Virus record (IMG/VR): IMGVR_UViG_3300028804_000003
Location: 1 to 64,000 of that record
Length of the DNA: 64,000 nucleotides
DNA from: a virus
Taxonomy: Duplodnaviria; Caudoviricetes
Reading direction: 5' to 3' (one strand)
Positions 26,212 through 33,790 of the stretch are shown piece after piece. The notes beneath the pieces were generated by a model that searched no databases, was not told where the DNA came from, and saw only the letters and a program-made list of their open reading frames with translations. Position 1 is the stretch's first letter, and each line of letters opens with the position of its first letter. Position numbers and translations under genes: made by a program.

Positions 26212-26641
26212 AGAAGCTGCGCTCGATTGGCGTGAGCTTGTGATCCAGCATCTCCATGGTAGCCACCACTGGGTGGACATCCACTGCCACTCGCCCATGC
26301 GTGGCAAGGTGTTCCTGAAGGGCTCTGGCCAGATCATCGGCAAGCAGGGCTACGAGAGCCACCCGATGTCATCCATGCAGGGTATCATAGGTCGTGACCG
26401 CAATGACGTGATGATGGCTGACGCCGTCTTCATGAACGTGCAGGGTGCCAAGAGCGTCAGCATCGGAACCACAGTGGAGCTTGGGTGGGCCGATGCATTC
26501 CGCAAGCCGGTGATCCTTGTGTTGGACAAGGGCGGCTTCCATGACCATGCCTTCTATAAGGGCATAGCAACCTACGTTTGCGACTCAGTCCAACAAGGCA
26601 TCGAGTGCGCCAAGGCGTTGCTCGTTCCGAACCCAGTCTAG
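26159..26641 (+). CDS. nucleoside 2-deoxyribosyltransferase / dNMP N-glycosidase-like protein
   Basis: YLAGPI, DRNDVMMADAV, SIGTTVELGWA...KPVI. Confidence 0.85.
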   Translation: MTTKRLYLAGPIAGLTYEEAALDWRELVIQHLHGSHHWVDIHCHSPMRGKVFLKGSGQIIGKQGYESHPMSSMQGIIGRDRNDVMMADAVFMNVQGAKSVSIGTTVELGWADAFRKPVILVLDKGGFHDHAFYKGIATYVCDSVQQGIECAKALLVPNPV

Positions 26642-26650
26642 GAGGACCCC

Positions 26651-27559
26651 ATGAACGGAGAAGATGCTGACACTCTGCGTGGCCGTCGCATGGACAAATG
26701 CGATGAGCACGACTTCAACGTGCCTCAGAACCAGAGGGAGACCGTGAAGGACCGTTACAAGGGCATGGTGCGCGACCGCATCGTGGAGGCCAGCATGTGG
26801 CTGGTCAACCGTGCGCCTGCAATCGAGGGCGAGGGCGGACATGAGCACACGATGTTGACTGCTCAAACCCTGCTCAGCTACGACCTTGACGTGGGCATCG
26901 TCATGTCCCTGATGAGCGAGTGGAACAAGAAGTGCTTGCCTCAGTGGGACGAAGACGAACTGCTGGAGCTTATCAGGAAAGTGGACAAGTACAAGACCGG
27001 CAAGAGGCATACCTTCACCGGCCTCTCTGACTTGGCCAGCAAAATCCAACGGCAGAACATCATCGACTCGGAGAAGATGGCTGCGTCGGTGCAGGGTGCT
27101 AACGCATTGGTGGGTGCTGCCAGCACCCCCTTGCCGGAGAAGAAGGACGATACCATCCTCGCCTACCTAGCGGGTGTGTTGGATGGGGAAGGTTGTGTAG
27201 GCACCTATAACAACAAAACCAATGGACATTTTCAACTGAGGATAACGGTTGAGATGGTTGAATCGGAGTGCCTTGATTTATTTGAATCTGAGTTTGGTGG
27301 CAAAAGGTACTACAAGGAGGCTAAATCACCTAGGAAAGCACGTAGTCTCTGGATGGTGTTCGGGTCGGAAGCTGAGTCATGTTTGAAACAATTGAGGCCT
27401 TTCTTGAGAATAAAATCAAGACAAGCAGATTTTGCATTTATGGCGGATTGGTCTTCATTCAAAAACAAACCATTGACGGATAAAGAAAAGCACATTCGTC
27501 AATACGTTAACTCTAAAATAAAAGAGCTAAACAAAAGAGGGCACTATGAATCAGAATAA
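26651..27559 (+). CDS. fusion of a PriCT-like domain and a LAGLIDADG homing endonuclease
   Basis: N-terminal APAIEGEGGHEHT...PQWDEDEL parallels the primase PriCT; LAYLAGVLDGEGC motif in an AT-rich 3' half. Confidence 0.75.
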   Translation: MNGEDADTLRGRRMDKCDEHDFNVPQNQRETVKDRYKGMVRDRIVEASMWLVNRAPAIEGEGGHEHTMLTAQTLLSYDLDVGIVMSLMSEWNKKCLPQWDEDELLELIRKVDKYKTGKRHTFTGLSDLASKIQRQNIIDSEKMAASVQGANALVGAASTPLPEKKDDTILAYLAGVLDGEGCVGTYNNKTNGHFQLRITVEMVESECLDLFESEFGGKRYYKEAKSPRKARSLWMVFGSEAESCLKQLRPFLRIKSRQADFAFMADWSSFKNKPLTDKEKHIRQYVNSKIKELNKRGHYESE

Positions 27560-28016
27560 CACTAAACCGACCAATCCAAAGGATTCCATTGGAATCCGTA
27601 AGCCTCGTTGTTACCATGCTATGTCTGCTCATGTGCGTCGTCTCGTGAGCATCGGCATGATGGAGGGTGCCATGAAGTACGGGGCTTTCAACTATCGCCC
27701 GGCTGCCGTGCGTGGCTCGGTCTACTACGATGCCACCAACGAGCACATGGACTGCTGGTGGGAGGGCGAGGACACGGACCCGGACAGCGGGCTCCCTCAC
27801 GTCATCAAGGCCATCTGCTCCCTCTACGTGCTGGCCGACGCTATCATCACCGGCAACCTCGTGGATGATCGCCCGCCGCGCACCGTGAGCCCGCGCGACA
27901 TGGTCAACAAGTACCAGCCGCTCATCGACAAGCTGTTCGAACGCTACCCGAATCCCGAGGAAGCGTTCACTCATCTGAACTCAGCCGTCGATTCTCTTGT
28001 CAAGCCCGCAGAATAA
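27546..28016 (+). CDS. DUF5664 dATP/dGTP diphosphohydrolase domain protein
   Basis: TNPKDSIG, EGAMKYG, WWEGEDTDPDSGLPH. Confidence 0.85.
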   Translation: MNQNNTKPTNPKDSIGIRKPRCYHAMSAHVRRLVSIGMMEGAMKYGAFNYRPAAVRGSVYYDATNEHMDCWWEGEDTDPDSGLPHVIKAICSLYVLADAIITGNLVDDRPPRTVSPRDMVNKYQPLIDKLFERYPNPEEAFTHLNSAVDSLVKPAE

Positions 28017-28107
28017 AAATAATACGGCTTGACCACGCTTCACGAGCGGATTAACCATGTCCGCTCGTTCGCACCACATCAACATCAACATCAACATGGA
28101 GAATACC

Positions 28108-30813
28108 ATGACTGGACCCTCGCTGCCTTTCTGTGACCATCTGCACTATGTGAAGTACCGCTCTGAAGGTGAGTCATATGACGGGTATGCCAAGCGCATC
28201 TCCGTGGCGCTGTCCGACGACTACCAGCATGAACAGGTTCTCTACGACATCACCCGCAACATGCGCTTCATGCCTGCTGGCCGCATTCAGGCGTGGGCTG
28301 GATCGCCCAAAGTCGTCACGCCGTACAACTGTCTCGGGCGTGATACCCTAATCCTGACCCGTGAGTTCGGCATGTTCCCAATTGGAGAGCTTGAAGACCA
28401 ATTCGTGACGGTCATGGACGGTGCTGGCTCTTGGGTGAAAACTAAAGTAGAGTCTTTCGGTGAGCAGAACCTGTTCAACATTAGGTTCACCAACGGTCGC
28501 AAGTCCAAGAGCATCATGGCCACCATGGAGCATGGTTGGATTTCGGATGGAAAGAGGACCACTACTGGCTCCGTTAAGTCGGTAGACTTTATGACTGCGC
28601 TGAAAAATGAGAGTGCGGACTATCGTCTTGGAGTGGTTCACGGTATAGTTTACGGGGACGGCTCTGCCACAAGTGATGGTGGGTTTAATCTTCGTGTATG
28701 TTCTGACCATGAAGACATCTGTCCTTGGTTTGAAGGGTACCCCACAAGCAACCCACCCTCGGCTAATGGCGATCCCTACTTTTATTTCTATGGCAAGAAT
28801 GCTCATTGTGACATGAAGGCTTTGCCGTCTATTGGGTCATCTGACCAGTACCTTCTTGGGTTCATTCGTGGGTGGCTTGCGGCTGACGGATGTGTGAGCA
28901 TTCAACCCGAAGTGACCATTTGCGGAGACGCCCAAGAGAAATCATGGCTTGAACAGTTTGGACCTATTGCTGGTTTTTATATTACGGGTAGCTCGACTCT
29001 AGCGGTGGAAACGAATTACGGTGTTCGCAACAAGCGTTCGTTGAACATCCGTTTCGATCTTCGCTCTATCTCGTCGGCAGACATTCTCATTAAGAGGAAG
29101 GCAGATAGGCTGAAGGCTATTACGGATACATCTTGGCGCGTGGCTGAGCTATCTTCTGAGAAAGCCATGCTTGACAAGGTGTTCTGCGTTCAAGTCCCCA
29201 CTACCAACAGCTTTGTAATTGAAGGCGGTCTATTGAGTGGCAACTGCTTCGTCTCTCCCACGATCCATGACTCGTTTGTCGATGGCCCCAAGCTGGCCGG
29301 TGAGGACATGCGCTCGGTCTCCATCATGGATGCTGCAAGGCTGGCCGCACAGACCATGCGACAGGGCGGTGGAATCGGTTACGACTTCTCGACTCTGCGT
29401 CCGGCTGGTGACATGATTTGGGGCGTCCGCGCCAAGACCGATGGCCCGATTGCATTCATGCCGATCTTCGATGCCGTCTGTCAGGCCACGTCCTCTGCCG
29501 GTGATCGCCGTGGTGCCGAGATGGGCGTCATGCGCTGCGATCACCCGGACATCATGAAGTTCATCGTCATGAAGAAGAACAACAAGTTCCTGACCGGCTT
29601 CAATGTCTCGGTCGGTGTGACCGATGAACTCATGGAGGCTGTTGCTCGCAACGGGACGTTCGATTTGCGTTTCAACGGGCGTGTCTACGAGACGGTCGAT
29701 GCCCGTGAGCTTTGGGCTCTCATCATGGACACCACGTGGCAGTGGGCCGAGCCGGGTGTGCTCTTCCTTGACACCATCAACCGTCAGAATAACCTCTGGT
29801 ATTGCGAGACCATCGCGGCTACCAACCCGTGCGGTGAGCAACCCCTGCCGCCCTATGGTGCCTGCCTGCTCGGCAGCTTCGCTGTTCCGAAGTACCTGAA
29901 GCGCGATCTGGCTGGCTGGTATTTCGACTGGGATCAGTTCATCGCTGACATCCCACAGGTCGTCCGCATGATGGACAACGTCATCGACAAGGCGAACTAC
30001 CCGCTGCCGCAACAGCGCGAAGAGGCTACAAGCAAGCGCCGCATGGGTTTGGGCGTCACGGGCCTTGCGAACGCGCTGGAAGCCATGGGAATGCCCTACG
30101 GCTCTATCCAGTTCGTCACCTTCGAAACCAAGCTCCTGAACGTCCTGCGTGACGAGGCGTACCGCGCCAGCATCGAGCTTGCCAAGGAGAAGGGCGCGTT
30201 CAAGCTGTTCGATGCCGACAAGTATCTCGCCAGCGGCCACAACAAGAACCTGCCGGACGACATCCGCGATGGCATCCGCATGTACGGCATCCGCAATTCG
30301 CACCTGACCTCCATCGCGCCGACCGGCACCATCAGCTTCACGGCTGACAACATGTCGGGCGGCATCGAGCCGGTGTTCGCGTGGGAGACCGAGCGCCCTG
30401 TAGACATGCCGGGTGGCAAGCAGATCGTCACGGTGCAGGACTACGCCGTCTCGCAGCTTGGCGTTTACGGGAAGACCACGGCCAGCGTCACCATCGAAGA
30501 GCACATGTCTGTGTTCCTGACCGCTGCGAACCGAGTCGACTCAGCCGTCAGCAAGACCGTCAATGTGGACAAGCATGTGAAGTTCGAAGACTTCATGGGC
30601 ATCTACCAGACGGCCTACGAGGGCGGTGCCAAGGGCCTCACAACGTTCAACAAGGACGGCAAGCGCTTCGCCCTGCTCAAGGACAAGGATGGGGACGACA
30701 GAGCCACTGTAGCCGCTCCTGAGTGCCCTGCCGACATCCCCCTCATGCCTGCCATCATGGAGGGCTCGACCTGCACCTTCGATCCGGTGACCGGCAATCG
30801 CAACTGCGAGTGA
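28108..30813 (+). CDS. nrdJ: class II (B12-dependent) ribonucleotide reductase with intein
   Basis: FMPAGRI, GGGIGYDFS, TNPCGEQ, RRMGLGVTG, SIAPTGTIS, VSKTVN; no NrdB seen in the window. Confidence 0.93.
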   Translation: MTGPSLPFCDHLHYVKYRSEGESYDGYAKRISVALSDDYQHEQVLYDITRNMRFMPAGRIQAWAGSPKVVTPYNCLGRDTLILTREFGMFPIGELEDQFVTVMDGAGSWVKTKVESFGEQNLFNIRFTNGRKSKSIMATMEHGWISDGKRTTTGSVKSVDFMTALKNESADYRLGVVHGIVYGDGSATSDGGFNLRVCSDHEDICPWFEGYPTSNPPSANGDPYFYFYGKNAHCDMKALPSIGSSDQYLLGFIRGWLAADGCVSIQPEVTICGDAQEKSWLEQFGPIAGFYITGSSTLAVETNYGVRNKRSLNIRFDLRSISSADILIKRKADRLKAITDTSWRVAELSSEKAMLDKVFCVQVPTTNSFVIEGGLLSGNCFVSPTIHDSFVDGPKLAGEDMRSVSIMDAARLAAQTMRQGGGIGYDFSTLRPAGDMIWGVRAKTDGPIAFMPIFDAVCQATSSAGDRRGAEMGVMRCDHPDIMKFIVMKKNNKFLTGFNVSVGVTDELMEAVARNGTFDLRFNGRVYETVDARELWALIMDTTWQWAEPGVLFLDTINRQNNLWYCETIAATNPCGEQPLPPYGACLLGSFAVPKYLKRDLAGWYFDWDQFIADIPQVVRMMDNVIDKANYPLPQQREEATSKRRMGLGVTGLANALEAMGMPYGSIQFVTFETKLLNVLRDEAYRASIELAKEKGAFKLFDADKYLASGHNKNLPDDIRDGIRMYGIRNSHLTSIAPTGTISFTADNMSGGIEPVFAWETERPVDMPGGKQIVTVQDYAVSQLGVYGKTTASVTIEEHMSVFLTAANRVDSAVSKTVNVDKHVKFEDFMGIYQTAYEGGAKGLTTFNKDGKRFALLKDKDGDDRATVAAPECPADIPLMPAIMEGSTCTFDPVTGNRNCE
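28330..29244 (+). mobile_element. intein with LAGLIDADG endonuclease (305 aa)
   Basis: Begins CLGRDTLIL, ends LLSGN before Cys; two LAGLIDADG motifs (HGIVYGDG, RGWLAADG); removal restores TPYNCFVS. Confidence 0.92.
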
Positions 30814-30838
30814 CGTTCGCGGTTCGCAAATAGCGAAT

Positions 30839-30881
30839 ATACGCGATCACGTATATCCCGGCGTTATACGTGATCGCGTAT
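30839..30881. terminator. 17-bp perfect inverted repeat (putative terminator) after nrdJ
   Basis: ATACGCGATCACGTATA-9 nt-TATACGTGATCGCGTAT; no U-tract. Confidence 0.6.
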
Positions 30882-30894
30882 GGTAGATCACCTG

Positions 30895-30923
30895 TTGACA
30901 GATGATCTGCTATAGGCTATCAA
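30895..30923 (+). promoter_or_regulatory. sigma70-type promoter for the tRNA cluster
   Basis: TTGACA followed by GCTATA/GCTATC elements. Confidence 0.5.
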
Positions 30924-31061
30924 ACTCAAAGGACGCAGCACATCCTATGGAGCTAAGGTCTTCTATAGACTGACAATCTGGATAGAAGTTCTTCCGGTAA
31001 GACGGATCAAGAATGATTTAGAAGACCGAGGGCAGGACTGCTACCCCTCGGTCTTTGACTT

Positions 31062-31137
31062 TGACAGGTAGCTCAGTTGGTAGAGCGCTCGACCGATAAT
31101 CGAGTGGTCGTAGGTTCAAACCCTGCCCTGTCAACCA
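31062..31137 (+). tRNA. trnI: tRNA-Ile(GAU)
   Basis: Full cloverleaf, encoded CCA; loop CC-GAT-AA (C33). Confidence 0.9.
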
Positions 31138-31140
31138 ATT

Positions 31141-31215
31141 TGGTAGGTAGCATAACGGTAATGCTCCTGACTGTTAATCAGGATGATGCAGGTTCGATGC
31201 CTGCCCTGCCAGCCA
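31141..31215 (+). tRNA. trnN: tRNA-Asn(GUU)
   Basis: Cloverleaf, U1-A72, CCTGA CT GTT AA TCAGG, encoded CCA. Confidence 0.93.
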
Positions 31216-31216
31216 C

Positions 31217-31291
31217 TCCGGGTTCGTCTAACGGTAGGACCCCTGTCTCTGAAACAGGTAGTCGCAGGTTCGAATCCTCGACCCGGAACCA
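31217..31291 (+). tRNA. trnQ: tRNA-Gln(CUG)
   Basis: TCCGGGT/ACCCGGA acceptor, CCTGT CT CTG AA ACAGG, CCA; irregular T-stem. Confidence 0.85.
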
Positions 31292-31292
31292 A

Positions 31293-31397
31293 TCACTTAT
31301 CCGGCTGATCGTCCTTCCACATGGCGATCACGAAGTCCCACAACTGCTCACGGAAAGCATAGATGGCAAGGCCGATGATGATGGCAGCTACAAGCAT
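31293..31397 (-). CDS. small membrane peptide (34 aa)
   Basis: AGGAGG RBS; MLVAAIIIGLAIYAF... Confidence 0.55.
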   Translation of the reverse strand: MLVAAIIIGLAIYAFREQLWDFVIAMWKDDQPDK

Positions 31398-31406
31398 GTC
31401 GTCCTC

Positions 31407-31916
31407 CTATTTCAATTCCATTTCACGAACGCTGAAGGTGTTGCTGTTGGCACACATGCGCGCCGGGATCGCATCGAGTCGTTCGATGGTCCAGCAAATC
31501 TGCACACGGTAGGTGCCCACTGGCGGCTGGCAGTCCGGCAGCGGCTCACGGTACATCAGCCAGCTAAGTGTCGGCCCATCCTTGGGCAGGTCCTTGTCCG
31601 GCGAGTAATTCACGGTTTTCGTGCTGGTGCATACCGCCTGCAAGGTGGACGCATCTTGAATCTCAGCCGTGAACGTGGCGCTGAAATCTTGGAGCACGAC
31701 TCGGTCATAGAGAATCTTGGGGTTCTCGCCAACGGTGAAGTTGGGGATGCCGATCTGGTTGACCACGAAGTAGTCACTGGCCGGTGCAGTGTCGCGGATG
31801 TATTGCTTCACCTGTGTGGTGCCCCACATAAGCATCGCGCCGATCACGAGGATGTACGCGACATCCTTCCAGTGGAGGTTCGCACTCTTGGCAACGGCAG
31901 TCATCTTCTCGAACAT
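31407..31916 (-). CDS. single-TM exported protein in the lysis cassette
   Basis: GGAGG RBS; N-terminal TM; Cys-containing soluble domain. Confidence 0.7.
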   Translation of the reverse strand: MFEKMTAVAKSANLHWKDVAYILVIGAMLMWGTTQVKQYIRDTAPASDYFVVNQIGIPNFTVGENPKILYDRVVLQDFSATFTAEIQDASTLQAVCTSTKTVNYSPDKDLPKDGPTLSWLMYREPLPDCQPPVGTYRVQICWTIERLDAIPARMCANSNTFSVREMELK

Positions 31917-31927
31917 GTTGTCCTCCA

Positions 31928-32239
31928 TTACTTCAAGTTGACCAGCCACATGTGCAGGCCATCCTTCAGCGCGTCCCACAGGAAATATACGAGCCCGAGC
32001 AGCGCCGTGCCCGAGACGTACAGCATCGACTTCTTGATGTTCTGCTTGAGGGCAATCGAGCCCTGACGTTGGTCGTCAAGGAAGCTCAGATTGTCACGGA
32101 AATTGCGGACAGACTCCTTATCAGTCACGTCGATGTCGAGCTTTTCGAATAGCGCAGCGAGAGCGCGGTCAGCCGCACTCTCAGCAATGGCTTCCACCTC
32201 TGCTTTCGTAAAGACATTGTTCTCATCCGCGCCCATCAT
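31928..32239 (-). CDS. lysis-cassette membrane protein (C-terminal TM; holin-like or accessory)
   Basis: GAGAGG RBS; position; hydrophobic C-terminus. Confidence 0.6.
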   Translation of the reverse strand: MMGADENNVFTKAEVEAIAESAADRALAALFEKLDIDVTDKESVRNFRDNLSFLDDQRQGSIALKQNIKKSMLYVSGTALLGLVYFLWDALKDGLHMWLVNLK

Positions 32240-32246
32240 GCACCTC

Positions 32247-32678
32247 TCACTTATCTTTACGGCCAAAAGCCTTGCCGACGATGTCAGCGATTGTTCCCGC
32301 CGTGCTGAATGCTGTGACCGAACTGGCCACCATCTCTGCACCGCGCACGATGAAGAAGCTCAGGATAATCTCACCGGACCACGAGTAGATCGGCTCGGGC
32401 GGCGGCGGAATATCCAGTTGGATACTCGTCAACATAGTGTCCATCCAGACCATCCACCACCATGCGATGACCGGGTATGCAATAAGCGGGACGATCCAGC
32501 GGGTTGCCCACCAACCCATATTGATCTGGTGCATCTCCTTCTTGATCTGCGAAAGCTGGACGTTCGCACGGATCGACTCTTTGGCGACCTCACCCTTGAC
32601 GATGGCCACCTGTGAACGGTAGTCCATCCACTTCGTGAAGAAGCGAAAGGGCCACGCAAGAAGGCTGAGTATCCACAT
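32247..32678 (-). CDS. putative holin
   Basis: Directly after endolysin; hydrophobic segments (WIVPLIAYPVIAWWWMVWM, IILSFFIV). Confidence 0.55.
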   Translation of the reverse strand: MWILSLLAWPFRFFTKWMDYRSQVAIVKGEVAKESIRANVQLSQIKKEMHQINMGWWATRWIVPLIAYPVIAWWWMVWMDTMLTSIQLDIPPPPEPIYSWSGEIILSFFIVRGAEMVASSVTAFSTAGTIADIVGKAFGRKDK

Positions 32679-32680
32679 GG

Positions 32681-33721
32681 TTACACCGTCCCTTCCGAGG
32701 CCATGCCTGCCTTGTACTTCTTCCAGAGGCCGTAGACGGTCAGGCCCACACCGGCCACCACGAAGGCGATCACGGCATAGGTGATGAGGTGCGAATACTG
32801 CGCAACGGACTGAAGTTGATCGGTCTGCTCCTTGATGATGTCCACGACCGCACCCGTGCCGGTGACTCCGGTGCCGGTCTTTACCGCCGTGTCACCGCCA
32901 GAGCGGTCAAGGGCGGCAATCGCGCGATCCACGGCCTCATCGGTCATCTTCCCGTACTTGCCGTCTGCAACGAGCCCGTTGGCCTTCTGGAAGGCCTTAA
33001 CAGCGGCAATGGTCTGGCGTCCTGCAATGCCATCCACCGCTCCTGCATAGAAGCCGAGGCGCTTGAGGTCCTTCTGGTACTGTTTGACCGTGGCATTGCC
33101 GCCGTCCGGCACACCATTGTCGGTGACAGCACCGGCCAGCACCTTGACGTAGTTCTTGTAGGCTGCCGCGATCTTCTCGCCGTAGCGGTTCTTGCGGCTG
33201 GCCGGACCATTGTACTGATCGGCAAACGACTGCCACCCCTTGGTCTGAAGCTCATCCACGAGGCCGAACTTCTGGATGTACTTGGCCATGATGGCGATCT
33301 GGCCGTCCACGGTGTTCGCGGTGTTGACCATCTCATCGACCGAGCGATAGCCGAGCTTCTTCCAATGGGCACCCATGACCTGACCGAGGCCCCACGAGGT
33401 GGACTCGTAGGCGGCAGCGTGGTCGATCTTGGCAGCACGTTCCAGAAGCCCGTAGCGGGCGCTATAGGACGCCGGGTTCTTGACCCCGCCCACGTTCGGG
33501 TTCGCCAGTCCAGCCGCCACAGCGGCCTTCAGCTTGTCTCCCTTGAGCTTGCGATAGAAGTAGTGGCCCTCAAAGCGGATCGGCGGGCGGTTCTTGCCCG
33601 AGACCTTCCATTCGGAGACACCAGCAGACTCAACCTCGGCCACAGCCAGAAGAGCCGCAGCCTCCACACCGAGGTCATCGGCAATCGCCTTCACCTTCGT
33701 GATTGTTGCAGTATTGAACAT
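32681..33721 (-). CDS. endolysin: N-acetylmuramidase (DUF3380) + PG-binding domain + C-terminal TM
   Basis: AVAEVES, IRFEGHYF, STSWGLGQVMG, YNGP; VDGIAG/ADGKYG repeats. Confidence 0.9.
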   Translation of the reverse strand: MFNTATITKVKAIADDLGVEAAALLAVAEVESAGVSEWKVSGKNRPPIRFEGHYFYRKLKGDKLKAAVAAGLANPNVGGVKNPASYSARYGLLERAAKIDHAAAYESTSWGLGQVMGAHWKKLGYRSVDEMVNTANTVDGQIAIMAKYIQKFGLVDELQTKGWQSFADQYNGPASRKNRYGEKIAAAYKNYVKVLAGAVTDNGVPDGGNATVKQYQKDLKRLGFYAGAVDGIAGRQTIAAVKAFQKANGLVADGKYGKMTDEAVDRAIAALDRSGGDTAVKTGTGVTGTGAVVDIIKEQTDQLQSVAQYSHLITYAVIAFVVAGVGLTVYGLWKKYKAGMASEGTV

Positions 33722-33790
33722 TCGGAGAACTCCTGTTGGGAACTTCTCTCCGTTGTAGGCCGTTCTATACGCCCACGTCAACCCGGCCCG

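Noticed and set aside
27150-27560. Group I intron or intein around the LAGLIDADG ORF
   Set aside because: No non-coding space for a ribozyme core, no Cys/Ser start or His-Asn end, and flanks are in different frames
28074-28097. ACATCA tandem repeats upstream of nrdJ as a riboswitch or NrdR box
   Set aside because: Too short, and no match to cobalamin riboswitch or NrdR consensus
29230-30504. Long antisense ORFs (also 16777-17871, 24071-25399, 32789-34273, 34445-36154, 48387-50042)
   Set aside because: Shadow frames of high-GC genes with clear homology on the opposite strand
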